This document shows positions 1 through 13,005 of a stretch of DNA of 64,000 nucleotides, in pieces. Position 1 is the stretch's first letter; each line of letters begins with the position of its first letter. The DNA lies in assembly GCF_037042905.1 (NCBI RefSeq), contig NC_087247.1, positions 22,816,001-22,880,000 on the forward strand, written 5' to 3'. This DNA comes from Lytechinus pictus (lineage: Eukaryota). The notes under the pieces are model-generated. The model had not been told where the DNA came from, searched no databases, and saw nothing but the letters and a program-made list of their open reading frames with translations. The position numbers and the translations under genes are program-made.

Positions 1-599
1 ATAATGAGTCAATTTATGAATAGTATATGATACCATGGACCATGATTATACCAATGACTTTGAATTATTATGGTCATAACTTTGACAATAAACAAATCAA
101 AACATCCTTTCAATTCACTGGCGTGAAGGGGGGGGGGGGGGGGTCATATCCTAACATCTTTGTGGAAGCGGAAGGGTATTTGTACAAAAAATATAGGCAT
201 GCCTAATACTTAAAGTTAAAGTGTACGATAAGTTACTGATGACAGTGACCAAATTAATGCCGTTAATGAAACAAGTGAGGACAGAAATTTACACTTCAAT
301 TTCATCCGTTTATAGGAGACTTAAATCACATTAATATAACTATCTGATATTTCAAATATGAATTTTGATCAAAATGGAAGTAACCATTGGATGGAAACAA
401 CACCACCATGGGCGTCAGATGAGGGGGCGGGGTACTATCCCCCAACAAAAAATAAGGGTAGGGGACATAGGCCATGCATGTCCCCCAAAATATTTCGAAG
501 TCTTGTATTTATAGATTGGCTTATTTACTGACAAGAGTATCAACTTAATAATTTTTCTAAATGGCTAAAACAATGCTTAGAACCTTCTTTTTCAACACT

Positions 600-1435
600 G
601 AGTATTGAAATGTCGGCTCGCGCTTCGCGCCCGTGTCATTTAGATAGTGAGATGTGCATCCCCTTGATGAATAGTCATAGAAATGTTCCTCCCGCCTACA
701 TGACAATGTATATATAATTTTAGCTTATGCATCGCCACCTCATGAAGTTTTTAGTAAGGTAGGCATTTTCATTTCATGATTAAAAGTTAGTGTCTAAAAT
801 GCCCAGTTTTTACATATTTATCTTTACAAAATCCTCTTCATGATTTTCTTACAAGTCAAACAGTGTTTTAAACGTTCCTTTTCGGGTAAATGTAGCCTGT
901 AAGACTGTATAAAATTTCTTCCTGCGCTTCGACCTCGAATTGTTTGATCGGTGAGATGTGTATCCTTTCATGAATCACTGCAGACAGTCTTTAACATGTC
1001 CCCTTTTCAGGTCACTATATTAAAAATTTCAGCTCGCACTAAGCGCTCGCATTTATTGTTTAGTTAGATACCTGTCCTGTTCATACTATCAAAAAGTGCT
1101 TAGAAATCCCAGTTTTCAGGTCGGAGTGTAAAAAAAAATCAGCTTGCGCTTCGCACTCGCATTATTTGATGGTGAGATATGTATCCTCTTTATGAGTCAC
1201 TGCAAAAAGTCCTAAATGGGGCCCTTTTCAAGTCAGTATATTAAAAAATTCAGCTCGCGCTTCACGCTTGCATTTATTGTTTAGTTATGTACCTATCCTA
1301 TTCAAATTAACATAAGTGCTTAGAAAGTCCAGTTTTCGGGTCGTAATAATTTTTTTTAAACATCAGCTCTCGCTTAGCGCTCGCAATATTTTGATTGGTG
1401 AAATATGTATCCTCTTCATTAATCTTGATTAAACA
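600..1435 (+). repeat. Tandem array of ~110-bp units built on CAGCTCGCGCTTCGCGCTCGC, alternating A/B units; internal part of a hAT-like non-autonomous element whose right end GGATCCGCCCCTG lies at ~2338
   Basis: Motif recurs at ~616, 922, 1030, 1140, 1251 and 1364; the same unit occurs at 51250-51800, 54600-55330, 55790-56100 and 63780-63910. Confidence 0.8.
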
Positions 1436-1439
1436 GTCC

Positions 1440-2026
1440 AGGGATGGTCCGGGCTGAAAATATTTATATCTAAATAAATAGGGTAAAGTTCACAAACCAA
1501 AATGCTGAAAATTTCATCAAAATCGGATAACAAAGTTATTGAATTTTAAGTTTATCAATATTTTGTGAAAACAGTTATATGCACATCATCATGAATATTC
1601 ATAAGATAGGCTGATGATGCCACATCTCCACTTTCTTCTTATGTTATGACATGAAATCATAAATGCTTCATTTTTTAATACATGTGTAAATGATGTGTCT
1701 CCATTATAATGAAATAAGTTACGGCAATAAACAACTAATCAGTTGTCAATCCAATTGTTATAGTTCTTGATAGAAATTTTTTGAATAAACCTAATTTCAT
1801 ATAATAAAATACAAAAGAACAAGTACGTATATGACATCATCAGCCCACCTAATGAATATTCATAAAGACATGCCTAAAACTGTTTCACCGGAATAATGCA
1901 AATCTTTAAAATTCAATAACTTTGTTATTTGTTATCCGATTTTGATCAAATTTTCAGCATTTTGCTCTGTGAATTATACTCTAAATATTTATTAAGATAT
2001 AAATATTTCCAGTTTGGACCATCCCT
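1440..2026 (+). mobile_element. Kolobok-like MITE family 1 (long imperfect TIRs, TTAA target), inserted into the tandem array
   Basis: Left end AGGGATGGTCCGGGCTGAAAATATTTATATC mirrors right end GATATAAATATTTCCAGTTTGGACCATCCCT|TTAA; homologous copies at 22446 and 56720. Confidence 0.8.
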
Positions 2027-3539
2027 TTAATAAGTCCTTTCATGTTCGTATTGCCTAGTTCGGCACGCATCTTGTTTATGATTACAGAATCTGCTCAGAA
2101 TTTTCGATTTTCAGGTCAAATTTTATGAAATATCAAAAGCATTGAGCGCGATTCATGCTCATCACATTATTAGATAGCATATTTTCGGTTTTGGTTTTTT
2201 AGAATTTATTAGATGAGTCTTTAGATTAAAAAACCCCTCAAATCCAATAAAAAAAATCAGGTTTTAGCAGCTGATCAGGCAAAATTTGAATGAAAATACC
2301 CCCCCCCCCCCAATTGGCGAAAGCTGGATCCGCCCCTGTTATTAGGTAATTAAAATAATATGTAGCTAGAAAGCCGAAGAAGTGTTGCTGCTCAAGTTCT
2401 GAGTGACGCCCGTGCATGCATGAATACCACAATACATGTATTCACGTTTATGTAAAGGGTCGTTGCTTTATTTTGGGGCACATTTTTCCATTAATTAATC
2501 ATACGAGTATATAGGATTAATTAGAGAACAATTAAATTTTATTTTGAAAAATAAACCGGCTTAATTTACCCAGCAGTCAAAATTGGGTAGGGGCTGCGGA
2601 ACCGAGGAGGGAATGGTGCTTTAGCCCCCATTTTTTTTCAAACCTGCCCAGAAATTGTTTGGATTTTTTTCATTTTCAGCCCCCCCCCCCTATCCTTAAA
2701 AAACCTAAATGGGACAATCCTACCTCACCCTTAAGTTTTAAGCACCTCTGAAACAGCTGAGGCTTTGATTGTTAAGATGAGCACTTGTACCAATTTATCG
2801 TGAATGTTTCTTTTCTTTTATCCTATCAAGCAAAACCTATTAAATTGATTAAGTTGAATTACCGAAGCGGATATTATACGATTTTCAATTGATTTTTATT
2901 GTTGGTTGTATTCAATAGCAAATTACTACGCATATTTCTCTTTTATTTAGACATGTAAGATCCCTGATTAAAAAAAAAACATAATTCTTGTTATCCGATG
3001 AATTTGCTTCCCTATAAAAGAGCATTTGATTGCAGGCTGAGTAAAATTTGTGAATATCAGTCAATAATTTTTCGACAATCTCACCGCCAAGGTCATTTAA
3101 TATCCTCCGTTATTTTCCAGTAAAATGACAAACAGAATGAAATAAAAAGGGGTCATAACAAGAAATGAAAACAGAAAAATCGATGAACGATATGCTGATA
3201 TCTCACAAATGAATTCCAACTCCATCTCACCCTGTTATATATCCGGTTATATATTCGACCAGCTTCTTGATTCGACTATTCATAAATCCATATTAGACGC
3301 TCTCTGCGTACATGTTTGCGAATTCATTATTTCCGAGTATTTCGAGCAATAGGCCTAGTGAGTTGCATGCAAGAAAAACGAATCAATATGTTCATTGGAT
3401 GATTATAGAACATTGTCGGAGAGTCTACCAAATACATGAATGTACTTGAGAGAGAAACGGATACGCCACTCCTGCTTCTCTCTATTGCTAAAGCTTATAT
3501 AGTCGACCCCTATTATTGTGCCCCACTATCTTTCATCAG

Positions 3540-3671
3540 GGGATCGTTTTTTCAACAGTTTAGTCTGACAAGTGGTCAGATCTGACAACTTTCCATGATT
3601 CTGATTGGCTGAGAGGCACTATGGTAACTTTAGGATAAAACATGCGACAAGTCATTTCATGAAATGCTCCC
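3540..3671. mobile_element. Short Harbinger-like MITE, degraded
   Basis: CAG|GGGATCGTTT...GAAATGCTCCC|CTG ends; internal CTGATTGGCT motif shared with a related fragment at ~10117-10360. Confidence 0.4.
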
Positions 3672-4060
3672 CTGACCTTATATACCCTTATCCCCTTGCC
3701 CTTTTTTTAACACGCACACACACCCGACACACAAACTGGGGTATAATGGTCGAAAGGACGGAATGCGCGTTTCCAAAATCTTACGCAAAGTCCGGTCCGA
3801 AAAATTGTCTTTAAAATGATAAAGAAGGTGATGTTTTCAACTTCGATCGACGTTAAAGCCGGGCCCGGACGCGCCTTTTTTAATGACAAATTCAGTCTTC
3901 GATTTTACTATTGTTAGGAGCCGGAGTTGAAATGCAGATTATATTACTGGAATGTTGTACGATGGACATGTGTCGTTTTTCGGACCGTTCATAGTTGTTA
4001 TGAACTGAATAAAAATCTAATTTAGGTATTTAGGCCTAACAGCTTACATGTATATAGGCC

Positions 4061-4804
4061 CAGGGGCGGCGTAGCGAAGTTAAAAGTGTGTGGGGGGGGG
4101 GGCACAGGGGAAAAGGGCACCTTTTCTTCCGAAAAGGGCACTATCTTAAAACAAAGAAAAAATGGTGTAATGAGCAAAAAAAATTGAGGGGCTATTATTT
4201 CATCACGTAAAATTTATAGGTTGCGAGCGAGCAAAAATTTTGACATTATTTTTTCAAACGGAAATCCAATTTTGTGATAGATTTCTACATAATTTTCAGA
4301 AAATAATATAATACTTTACCCTTCTCTTTTTCCTTATCTTTCCTTTTCCCTTTTTTTTTCTTGGTCGTGAAAAAATGGGTGGGGGGAGCCCCCCCCCCCC
4401 CCCCCTGTGTACGCCACTGCTTATCTACCCCACTCACATGACTCATGAATAAGGCACGTATAATTATTCTTACAATTGTTTTTCCTTCATAAGTAGTAAC
4501 ATCTAAAAATAGGAGAATAGTATTTTCTTGTTTCAAAGGGCACTCGTTAACACATATAACGGGCCATTCTCAGGTGATAGGGGCACAGAACACGTTCATG
4601 AGGGGCACTTTTCTTTGGTAAAAAGGCACTGTGATTCGAGAAAGGCACTTGCTCACCCGTAAAACGGGTCCTTCACAGGTCAAAGGGGCACAGTACATGC
4701 AGGTTCATGAGGGGGAGGGGGCATTTATCTTGAGTAAAAAGGGCACATTTTCAGTACTTCAAAAGGGGGGGCACTGTGCCCCCGGCCCCAGGATGCCGCC
4801 CCTG
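4061..4804. mobile_element. hAT-like non-autonomous element with a nested fragment of another hAT-like end (...TGTACGCCACTG at 4419)
   Basis: TIR CAGGGGCGGC/GCCGCCCCTG, sub-terminal G/C tracts, degenerate 8-bp flanks TATAGGCC/TATATACC, internal AAAGGGCAC repeats. Confidence 0.6.
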
Positions 4805-5290
4805 TATATACCTACCTGAATTTAAGATGGAGGGGGAGTGTGTCAGGAGAGTGTTCTGAGATGTTGGTGTTGGAATGACAGCTCACTAGAGATACGGGTA
4901 CATTGACCAGTGTTTCAGCTTTTATTTATTTATTTTTTATTTTTTTATTTATGTAATTATTCATTTATTTATTTATTTATCTATTCATGTCTTTATTCAT
5001 TTTATGTATTTTTTGTTTGGGGGCCTGCAAGGTATCAAAAGCCCGTTAAAATGGGGTAGGGAGGCTGAACATGCATTAATGATAAATTTCATGGTTATAT
5101 CGAAACGAGTGGGGAGGACTGGGGGCTGAAACCCAGACCCACCCCCCCCCCCTCTCTGTTCCGTGGTCCCTGCTGCTTTCATTCCTTCCCATTTCTCTCC
5201 CTTAGTTCTTGGGCAGGCATTCTCTCCTCATATCCCACTTATTTCCCCTACACTTTATTTTCAACGCACACTTTCTTAAAACCCGCTCAC

Positions 5291-7715
5291 TTTTTTTTTT
5301 TTTTTCAATATGTTTTTATTAAGGATTTCATTCAAATGAATTACATAAACTGCAGATAAATACAAAACAAAATACAAATCTTCATTTCATATCAACAAGG
5401 ATATGCAAAAAAGTACATATATATTTACCAAGAACTGAAGCAAATAAGGACGGAATGAAACTCCTTAAAATTATACTTTTATATCTGAAAAAAAAAATAA
5501 CTCAACTGAGTCCCCAACCCTCTATGTATTTCAATAATAATTAATGTTAAATGGCTATATAAATGATTTGCAGGAAAACAGAAATCAACCTAAATGTATT
5601 ACCATTGCATCCCATTTTAAATCAAGCTTCAACATAACTTTACATAATTATACACACATACACACACCCACCTTAACACCCATACACACATGCACATACC
5701 ACACATACGTAAACAAACATAATATATACAAATCTGCATAATGAACGTTTAACATTTTGGATACAGAAAGAAAAAAAAAACCTGCAAATCATATTGATAC
5801 AAGAGAAGGGGAAATTGAAAAGAACTAGTAAAAAGAAAAAAAAAACATCAACATACACACCAGGATTCACACTCGCACCACACTAGACACATCCCACCTG
5901 TTCACATTCAAATCCCTTTTCACCTTCAGTTCATCCCATTTCTGCAAATGTAAACTTAACTTGCCTGACTTCGTTGCTAGGCGTCTTTCTTCTTCTATAC
6001 AACCCGTTATATATTTGTGTATTTTAATAAATGACGGTACCCGGCCTTCAGCTCTGGATTTAAAAATTGCATATTTAATAAAAAGAATAACAGAATTGAC
6101 ACATTTAATTCTACAAGAATTTCCAGGTAACTCTAAGAATATTTCCCTCCAATTCAAAGTTCTTAATTCAGCTAAACAAAAATGATCAATACAAATTGCC
6201 AAAGAGGTTTAACTTTTATGCAATCCATGAGTATATGAAAGTACGATTCAGTTTTTGTACAACCAAACGAACAATAATTATCTCCCACGAAACCAAATCT
6301 CATCAAATGCTCTTTTGTATATATTGCTCCATGTAAAAGCATAAACTGAAATTCCCTTTGTTTTCTTATAAGAGTTGTACTCCTGATATATTCAAATAAT
6401 TTACAAATTTCTACATCAGTAAAATCAAAATCACTGTGACCATCCTTAAGTGTTAACTTGTATAGCTCTTGTAGCTTAGTTATAAACAAGTTATAAATTG
6501 TTTTTGATTTAATTACTTCAAAAGCTGTTTCCTGTTTTCCAATATTCATACTTATCCCAAAGTCTACCAAATCAATTTTTTTAAACTTTATTAAACTATT
6601 AAAAATTTTCCAGCTTGCTGGTATAACGTGCACAATATCTATTATTTGGAGAAGTTGATTTGCGGTAATACCGAGATTTTGAAAAAAAGTCACAGGCTTC
6701 AAGTGGCCATTATCAAAGATTTGATCAACGCTAAATATTCCTTTATTAAAAAGATCATTGTCAAAAATTGTTTTACCTTTTATACAAATATGTTGATTAT
6801 TGAATATAATAGGGTTAACCTCCTCTTCAGAATAACGAAATCTCCTTAAGTCTTGCCAAGCCTTCATCATTTCTGAATAAAATGGGGGCATTTTTATATT
6901 TAATTTTGAAGTGTCAAAGTCACATAGAAACAGAAATCTCCCCCCAACTGATCGAAAACAAAAATCAAAATACAACTTCCATCCTGCATCTCGTTCTCCG
7001 TAAAGTAATCGCTTAAGCCACATTAAACGTTGAGACTTTACAAACAACTTAAAATTCATCATTTTTAAACCCCCTTGTGAGTAATCCTGGTACATTATAA
7101 TTCTCTTTATCCGATCTTTTCCGGACCATAAAAATTCAAATGTGATCTTTTCAACCTCAGCATACAACCACTGAGGAACCACTATTAGTGACGAAACAAA
7201 ATTTAGCCTTGACAATGCATATGTTTTTAACAAGTGAATTTTCCCCATAAGTGTGAGATCCCTTTGTTTCCACCATCCCAACAGTCTTTTTATTTTACTA
7301 AGTATTTCTTTGTAATTCATGTCTTCTTTTATTATAACATTAAGAGAAAAGTAAACACCTAAAATTTTAATATGCTGAACAAAATTCCCAAACAACTGTG
7401 TCTGAGGTCTGTCATTATCCCGACCCATCCACAAAATATTAGTTTTTCCTTTGTTTATTTTTAGACCACTAATTTTCTCGAATTCTTCAAAAAGGTATTG
7501 AAGACGATCTAAAGAGTGTGTATTTTTAACAAACAATGATATATCATCAGCATACAAAATTTGCTTTATTTCACGGTTCTGAAATTGAATTCCTTCAACC
7601 TGTCTGTCTTTCCTTATTGCCAGAGCAAGTATTTCAATACAGAGCAGAAACAAATATGGGGAGAGGGGATCCCCCTGTCTTACCCCTCGCTTTATATTAA
7701 AATAACCGGAAGACC
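5291..7715 (-). mobile_element. 5'-truncated L1/Tx1-clade LINE (C-terminal RT, zinc finger, 3' UTR, poly(A))
   Basis: ORF 6172-7752 has GVRQGDPLSPYLF, YADD and CSFGC...H...C; continues after one frameshift into ORF 5867-6202 (...LHLQKW); AATAAA (tttatt 5315-5320) and poly(A) (T15 at 5291-5305). Confidence 0.93.
5867..7715 (-). pseudogene. LINE ORF2 remnant (reverse transcriptase plus zinc finger), 5'-truncated, one frameshift near 6190
   Basis: RT motifs QGDPLSP and YADD; Tx1-type KEILSKIKRLLGWWKQRDLTLMGKI block. Confidence 0.88.
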
Positions 7716-8831
7716 TATACCCATCACCCACACCCTCATGCAATCCCCACACAGACCCTTACCCTCACCTTATAGCTCTCTTCTCTCTCTCTCTCTCGTC
7801 CCCTAACCATCCCAACCCTCGCACTTTGACCCATGCATGCGCACACAGAGTGACTAACAAAATCATTGCTCCATGCAGGTACGTTTATATCCATGATTTA
7901 TTGTCTGTCATTAATTTAGCAAAATTCATATAATCCCAAAGCAAAAGAGAATGTATTTACAAAGAAATATAATTGTATAACAACAAACTTAACAATATAG
8001 GCAGCAATATGCAGTGTATAAAATGTTATAATTTAGCTTTTGCAATACACAGCATGTGTGCCAATATATCGGAAGCACATTAATTCATAAAAGGCTAAAT
8101 CATAAAATGTTCCGCATTTTAAAAATCTGTTTCGAATTCTTCCACCAACATGAATACGGCAAGTATCTTTATCACTTCATTCAAATATGAGAGGAGTACG
8201 TCAGTACACCCCCTACCCCCTCGCCTTTAATCACAACCAGGCGAACACAATTGTCAACTCCGTAATATGCCCTTTACAACTGATGAATGCTATTTAATTC
8301 ATTTCCTAGGAACCTCAAATTCCCCACATGCTGGTATTATGCCTCTTTTACACTAACCTTTGTAAACATCTTGAGAGTGATCATTATTTTTTATTAGTGC
8401 GTTCATTCTCTCTTTTATATAAAAAAAAAGCCTCTGATATATTCCTAATTACTTTCCTTTCAATTTGTGAGAAGTTCCCAATATGATTATTGTTCTTCTA
8501 GTAGCCTACTAGATTGTATTCGTCCTCGGCCCGCTATGCCCCTGTAAGCGTAAAAATAGATAAAATCACCATGTACCCTCGCAGTCAGGGTTAATTTCGA
8601 GCCGCGAATTCTTGAAAATTACAATCAAACTTTATATGACATATTATGTAACAATAATTTATCTTATTCAAGTTACACCCATTATTATGTTGCTTGTCGG
8701 TTTGCATAAAACTCATAGCACCAAGTAATAACACATTTATCAAGCATATACACGTAGATATAAAAAAGTGAAAAATACACAAACTACGGAATATCATCAT
8801 ACAAGCATCATCACACACCATCCAGAACTCC

Positions 8832-8865
<34 letters not shown>

Positions 8866-9448
8866 CACTTAATTGCATTTATATAAAAAAATTCCTCTTC
8901 ATCTTATGATGAACTTGTTTGTTCTCTTAATGCCTTAAGCCGATCATCATTCACTTTATTATACGCAGTGATTAACCCATAACCAATGTTATTTTCTTTT
9001 TAATTATACAGAATCGTAACTCAATATATAACATACCTAGAACATGCATGCGTAGACAAAAATATTATCGTATAAAAAAAGGGGGAGTCCATTACCTTAC
9101 AGCAAGTTGATTAGATAGAGAGAGAAACAAGAAAGAAATATGAACGTTTAGCTGAAATTCACCATAGAATAACATAAATAATGATGAACTTGGACATTTT
9201 AATTTTGTGAAGTCTTGTGAATTTGGTTCTTTGATAGTTTTCGCTAAACATTAATTAATAATTTATTTTTCTTTATTTTTCTGTCTTCATATAAAAAATG
9301 AAGCCAGGCTTACTCTTATTATATAAATCTTCAGATAAAGAATAGAATAGAAAATGAAATATGGACCAAAGAAATTACAAAAGAATGCAACACACTTATA
9401 AAGTACCCGTTCTTGCCAATGGAACAAACATAGAGGGGTAAAACATTC

Positions 9449-9890
9449 CACAGTAAAAACGCTGTTTAACTTTTGTTATACAACGCCATTTACTATATGG
9501 ACCTTACAGTACTATCTGTTTAACAGTTTAAGCAACCATGCTTGATTTATTGAAAATTAAATATTAAAATCAAACTTTGTAGTTTTTAAACACTTTGATT
9601 AACTACTGTAAGGTTCGTATAGTACACACTTAAAATATTGGGCAACATACTGTCCACTGTGTTGGGTAATGCATGTTGGTAATATATATATATATTCTGG
9701 GCAATTATTATCCAAGTGAGCAAATTTATTACCCAATTATTAGTTTTTATTACCCAATTTGGACAGATTTTAAACAATAGTTGTGTGGACACTATGTTGC
9801 CCAGGGTTGGTTAAAAGTTGGGCATTTGTTTTGCCCAACTATTTTAAGAGTGTAAACAACGATGTATATTTAAACAGCGTTTTTACTGTG
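9449..9890. mobile_element. MITE with perfect 21-bp TIR, containing a nested MITE
   Basis: CACAGTAAAAACGCTGTTTAA at 9449 is the reverse complement of TTAAACAGCGTTTTTACTGTG ending at 9890. Confidence 0.75.
9625..9852. mobile_element. TA-flanked MITE (CAC...GTG ends) nested in the previous MITE; related to 30443-30638
   Basis: TA|CACACTTAAAATATTGGGCAAC ... TTGCCCAACTATTTTAAGAGTG|TA. Confidence 0.7.
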
Positions 9891-10543
9891 CATGATGAGG
9901 AAGGGGGGGGGCAATGTATATTCAACACAGAATTGCAGTTTTCATATAAAAAGATAACTCTAAGAAAATACCAAATTGAGGGATTTCCTTGACACTGATT
10001 ATGATAGTACTATTTGCAACGATGAAAGCCAGCAGATAAGGCAGTAGCGTAGAGTATAAATTATGGTAAATGGTCAAAATTTGAAGGGGGAGATGCAAGC
10101 ACCCGGATCTGCATCTGGGGACCGTTCATATGGCGAGTCAGTGATTTTCATTGACTAATTTGCTCTTAGCCAATCAGATGCAAAGATTTTCAGGAGCTTA
10201 TAACAACTGTCGCTGAATATCACGAACAAAAATTGTCATTGGGTAAGACTCAGTCGACTATAGGAGGGATTCTTTAGCCGATGGAGTATAGTCCTGGTGT
10301 ATATGATAGTGTTTTATCATAATCATTGTAATATTTAACATATACATGAATAAACACCCCCTAATGGAACAAAGACACAGTACAACGCGTGTCACACTGA
10401 TGGTATTCTGTGAAATCTCATATTTGACTGTGATTTGCCCTGTATGGATCATTCTATAAAGTGGAAAGTATCGCCCCCTTCCCTTCCTCCATTCCTCGTT
10501 GTCCTGAATTGATTAGTGAGGATGGAAAGTTAATGAAATATGG

Positions 10544-11062
10544 TTAATATTCTTCATCATCGTCCAACACTTGTCCAAGTATATACACAACTCTCTCTTT
10601 CTTCCTCTTCATCTCCTCATCCAGTTCGGTAACTTCCAATTCGTCATCGCTATCGGGATCATCGAACATCATGACGATTTTGGGGTAAATCTTTCGGATG
10701 AGCTCTTCGACCCCGTAATAGGCCACGGACCAGATGAACCCCTCGATAGGCATGGATATGCTGAAGATGGACACCAGGGTAAGAACTTCATGGAGAGCGT
10801 TTTCGTCTTGCCCAAAATAGTTCCAGGCCATGGCTGAGGCAATGAACCAATTCGGTGTGCCGACAGCGAGCGAGACAGCGCTGCAGGCCTCGTATGGTAA
10901 CTTGAAGACGGAAGCGAGGATGAGACCAAAGATGAATCCAACAAAGGGTAGAAGACAGCCACCCACCCAAAGCTGCCAGGCACCGATATAGTGATTTGGA
11001 TGGTTTATGCCGTTCAGGATAGGACCTACCACAACAGTCACCACAAATGCAAAGCTGCAAAT
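10544..11062 (-). CDS. SLC10A-like: SLC10-family (sodium/bile acid cotransporter-like) paralog A, last coding exon (C-terminal TM helices and acidic tail)
   Basis: Acceptor ttttcag|ATT, phase 0, 519 nt to TAA; LWVGGCLLPFVGFIFGLILASVFKLPYEACSAVSLAVGTPNWFIA aligns with ASBT [44 protein letters not shown]. Confidence 0.9.
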   Translation of the reverse strand: MCSFAFVVTVVVGPILNGINHPNHYIGAWQLWVGGCLLPFVGFIFGLILASVFKLPYEACSAVSLAVGTPNWFIASAMAWNYFGQDENALHEVLTLVSIFSISMPIEGFIWSVAYYGVEELIRKIYPKIVMMFDDPDSDDELEVTELDEEMKRKKERVVYILGQVLDDDEEY

Positions 11063-11468
11063 CTGAAAAGAATATAAAATCAGTACTATTATTTACAATG
11101 ATTAAAAAAATAAATCACATTGACATAAAAGTTAAAGTAATTTATGCTCTGTATGCATGTTTATCCATGCTTGGAACAAAGTGACTTCCGGTTAACGAAG
11201 AGTTAAAAGTAATACGCCACAAATATATTATTACAGTAGACAATGTTATCAGCACTGTCAGAAGGCGACATATTTTTGGAAATGACAATTATTTTTCTCT
11301 TTTTTTTCAAATGTGACGAACAATCAACATGACCAAGATCAAAATAAAGAAATGAAAACTAAAAGACGAATATCAGAAAGAGAGAAGAATTAAAATGGAC
11401 TAAAAAGTATTCGAGAAAATGTTTCCAATTATTCTATTGGGAGGGGGGGGAGCATAGCGGCTACTGTA

Positions 11469-11907
11469 CGGAATAATTTTGAGTGCCAAACAAATGACGA
11501 GATAGGAAAATGAGAAGACGGTTAAAAATGACGAGATGACGAGTTTTTGGAAGACGACAGGTAGGCTTGTTTGGAACAAGCCAAGATGGTGAATTGTTTG
11601 AATTCAGAAAGTTAGTCTTTTTGGTTCGGGACAAGAAGACAATGGAATGACGAGTTTAACGAGTTGATGATTTTGAAAGAAGACTTGTTCGGTACAAGAA
11701 GAAAGGATGACAAGTTGTTGAAATTTAGTAAGTAAACTTGTTCGGGACAAGACGACGAGTTGTTGAACTTTTCCAGTCGACTTTTATATAGAGCCAAATA
11801 AAAGATGACAAGTTGTTAAAAATTTGAAAGTCGACCTGCCGAGTCCCAACAATTCGTCATCTCGTCTTCTAGTCTTCCTATCTCGTCATCTGGCTGGCAC
11901 TTTTACG
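11469..11907. mobile_element. TA-flanked MITE with internal GACGAG/ACAAG sub-repeats in the last intron of paralog A
   Basis: Left AGTGCCAAACAAATGACGAGATAGGAAAATGAGAAGACG mirrors right CGTCTTCTAGTCTTCCTATCTCGTCATCTGGCTGGCACT. Confidence 0.6.
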
Positions 11908-11943
11908 TATTAGTGAATAGCAACAAATGAAAATAAATATTAC

Positions 11944-12154
11944 CTTGGCTACTTTCCTTGCCCGCTTCTCCCCTGCCAATCTCTTGAAGAGCACACCTAA
12001 CCCAGTTGGTATGAAGATGATGACTTCGGTGATGAGGATTTCACGAGGTGTACCTATGACGTAATATGCATTTGACCACGCACTCGAGTAGAAGGAAAAC
12101 CAGAATGGAATGAGCCCTATCGATAGGGCTGTAGAAAACATTGAAAGGCACAAT
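11944..12154 (-). CDS. SLC10A-like: SLC10-like paralog A, 211-nt middle exon
   Basis: ttctgcag|A TTG TGC... to ...GCC AAG|gtaata; phases 2 and 0 match the neighbouring exons; LCLSMFSTALSIGLIPFW...FIPTGLGVLFKR. Confidence 0.9.
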
Positions 12155-12177
12155 CTGCAGAAATGGAAGACAAATAA

Positions 12178-12777
12178 AGGAAAATGTAAAGTCCACCCCA
12201 GAAAAATGTTGATTTGAATCAATAGAGAAAAAACAAAGTAGCATAACACTGAAAATATCATCAAACTCGGATATAAAATAAGAAAGTTATGGCATTTTAA
12301 AGTTTCACTTATTTGTCACAAAACAGTGATAATTTATGCACAACTCAGTGGCATGCAAATAAGACGGTCAATGATGTCTGTCACTCACTATTTCTTTTGT
12401 TTTTTATTGTTTAAATTATACAATATTTCATTTTTTACAGATTTGACAATAGGGACCAACTTGACTGAATCATATAGTTTTAAGCAATGCTAGTTCCACA
12501 TGTTCATGGAGGAATCAATCGTTGTTTCACTTGATAATGAGGAGAAAATTAGAATATTTCATATTTCATGCAATAGAATACAAAAGAAATAGTGAGTGGA
12601 TGACGTCATCAGTCTCCCCATTTGCATGCGTATAACTGTTGTGTGAAATTAAGCAAAATTTTAAAATGTCATAACTTTCTTATTCTACATCCCATTTTGA
12701 TGAAGTTTTCAGTGTTTTGCTTGTAGGATTTTTCTCTCTTTATTCATATCAACTTTTTGTTGGGGTGGACTTGTCCT
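12178..12777. mobile_element. Kolobok-like MITE family 2 (TTAA target)
   Basis: TIR AAGTCCACCCCA...TGGGGTGGACTTGTCCT|TTAA; second copy in opposite orientation at 47769-48376. Confidence 0.8.
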
Positions 12778-12969
12778 TTAAGAACTGTAACGGGGGTAGA
12801 ATAATGTTTGATAATGACACATAGAACAGATGATGGATTTCGATCGGTAGAACTTTTGTTATCACATTTACTAAATGTAACATATTCAAATATGGAATAT
12901 CTCCACTTTCACACTCGCTCGCTTTAATCGCTCACAAATATTGTTGAATCGTATATAGTGGAGGTTTCG

Positions 12970-12971
<2 letters not shown>

Positions 12972-13003
<32 letters not shown>
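12972..13003. repeat. (TA)n microsatellite
   Basis: Direct reading. Confidence 0.9.

Positions 13004-13005
<2 letters not shown>

Noticed and set aside
6172-7752. 526-aa host gene
   Set aside because: It is the truncated ORF2 of a LINE, with the ATG contributed by flanking DNA.
8836-8863. Poly(A) tail of a retrocopy
   Set aside because: No TSD or upstream coding similarity; treated as a simple homopolymer.
10571-11060. Overlapping alternative-frame ORFs on the SLC10 exons (also 46029-46674)
   Set aside because: Shadow ORFs expected from GC-richer coding sequence; they are not conserved between the paralogs.
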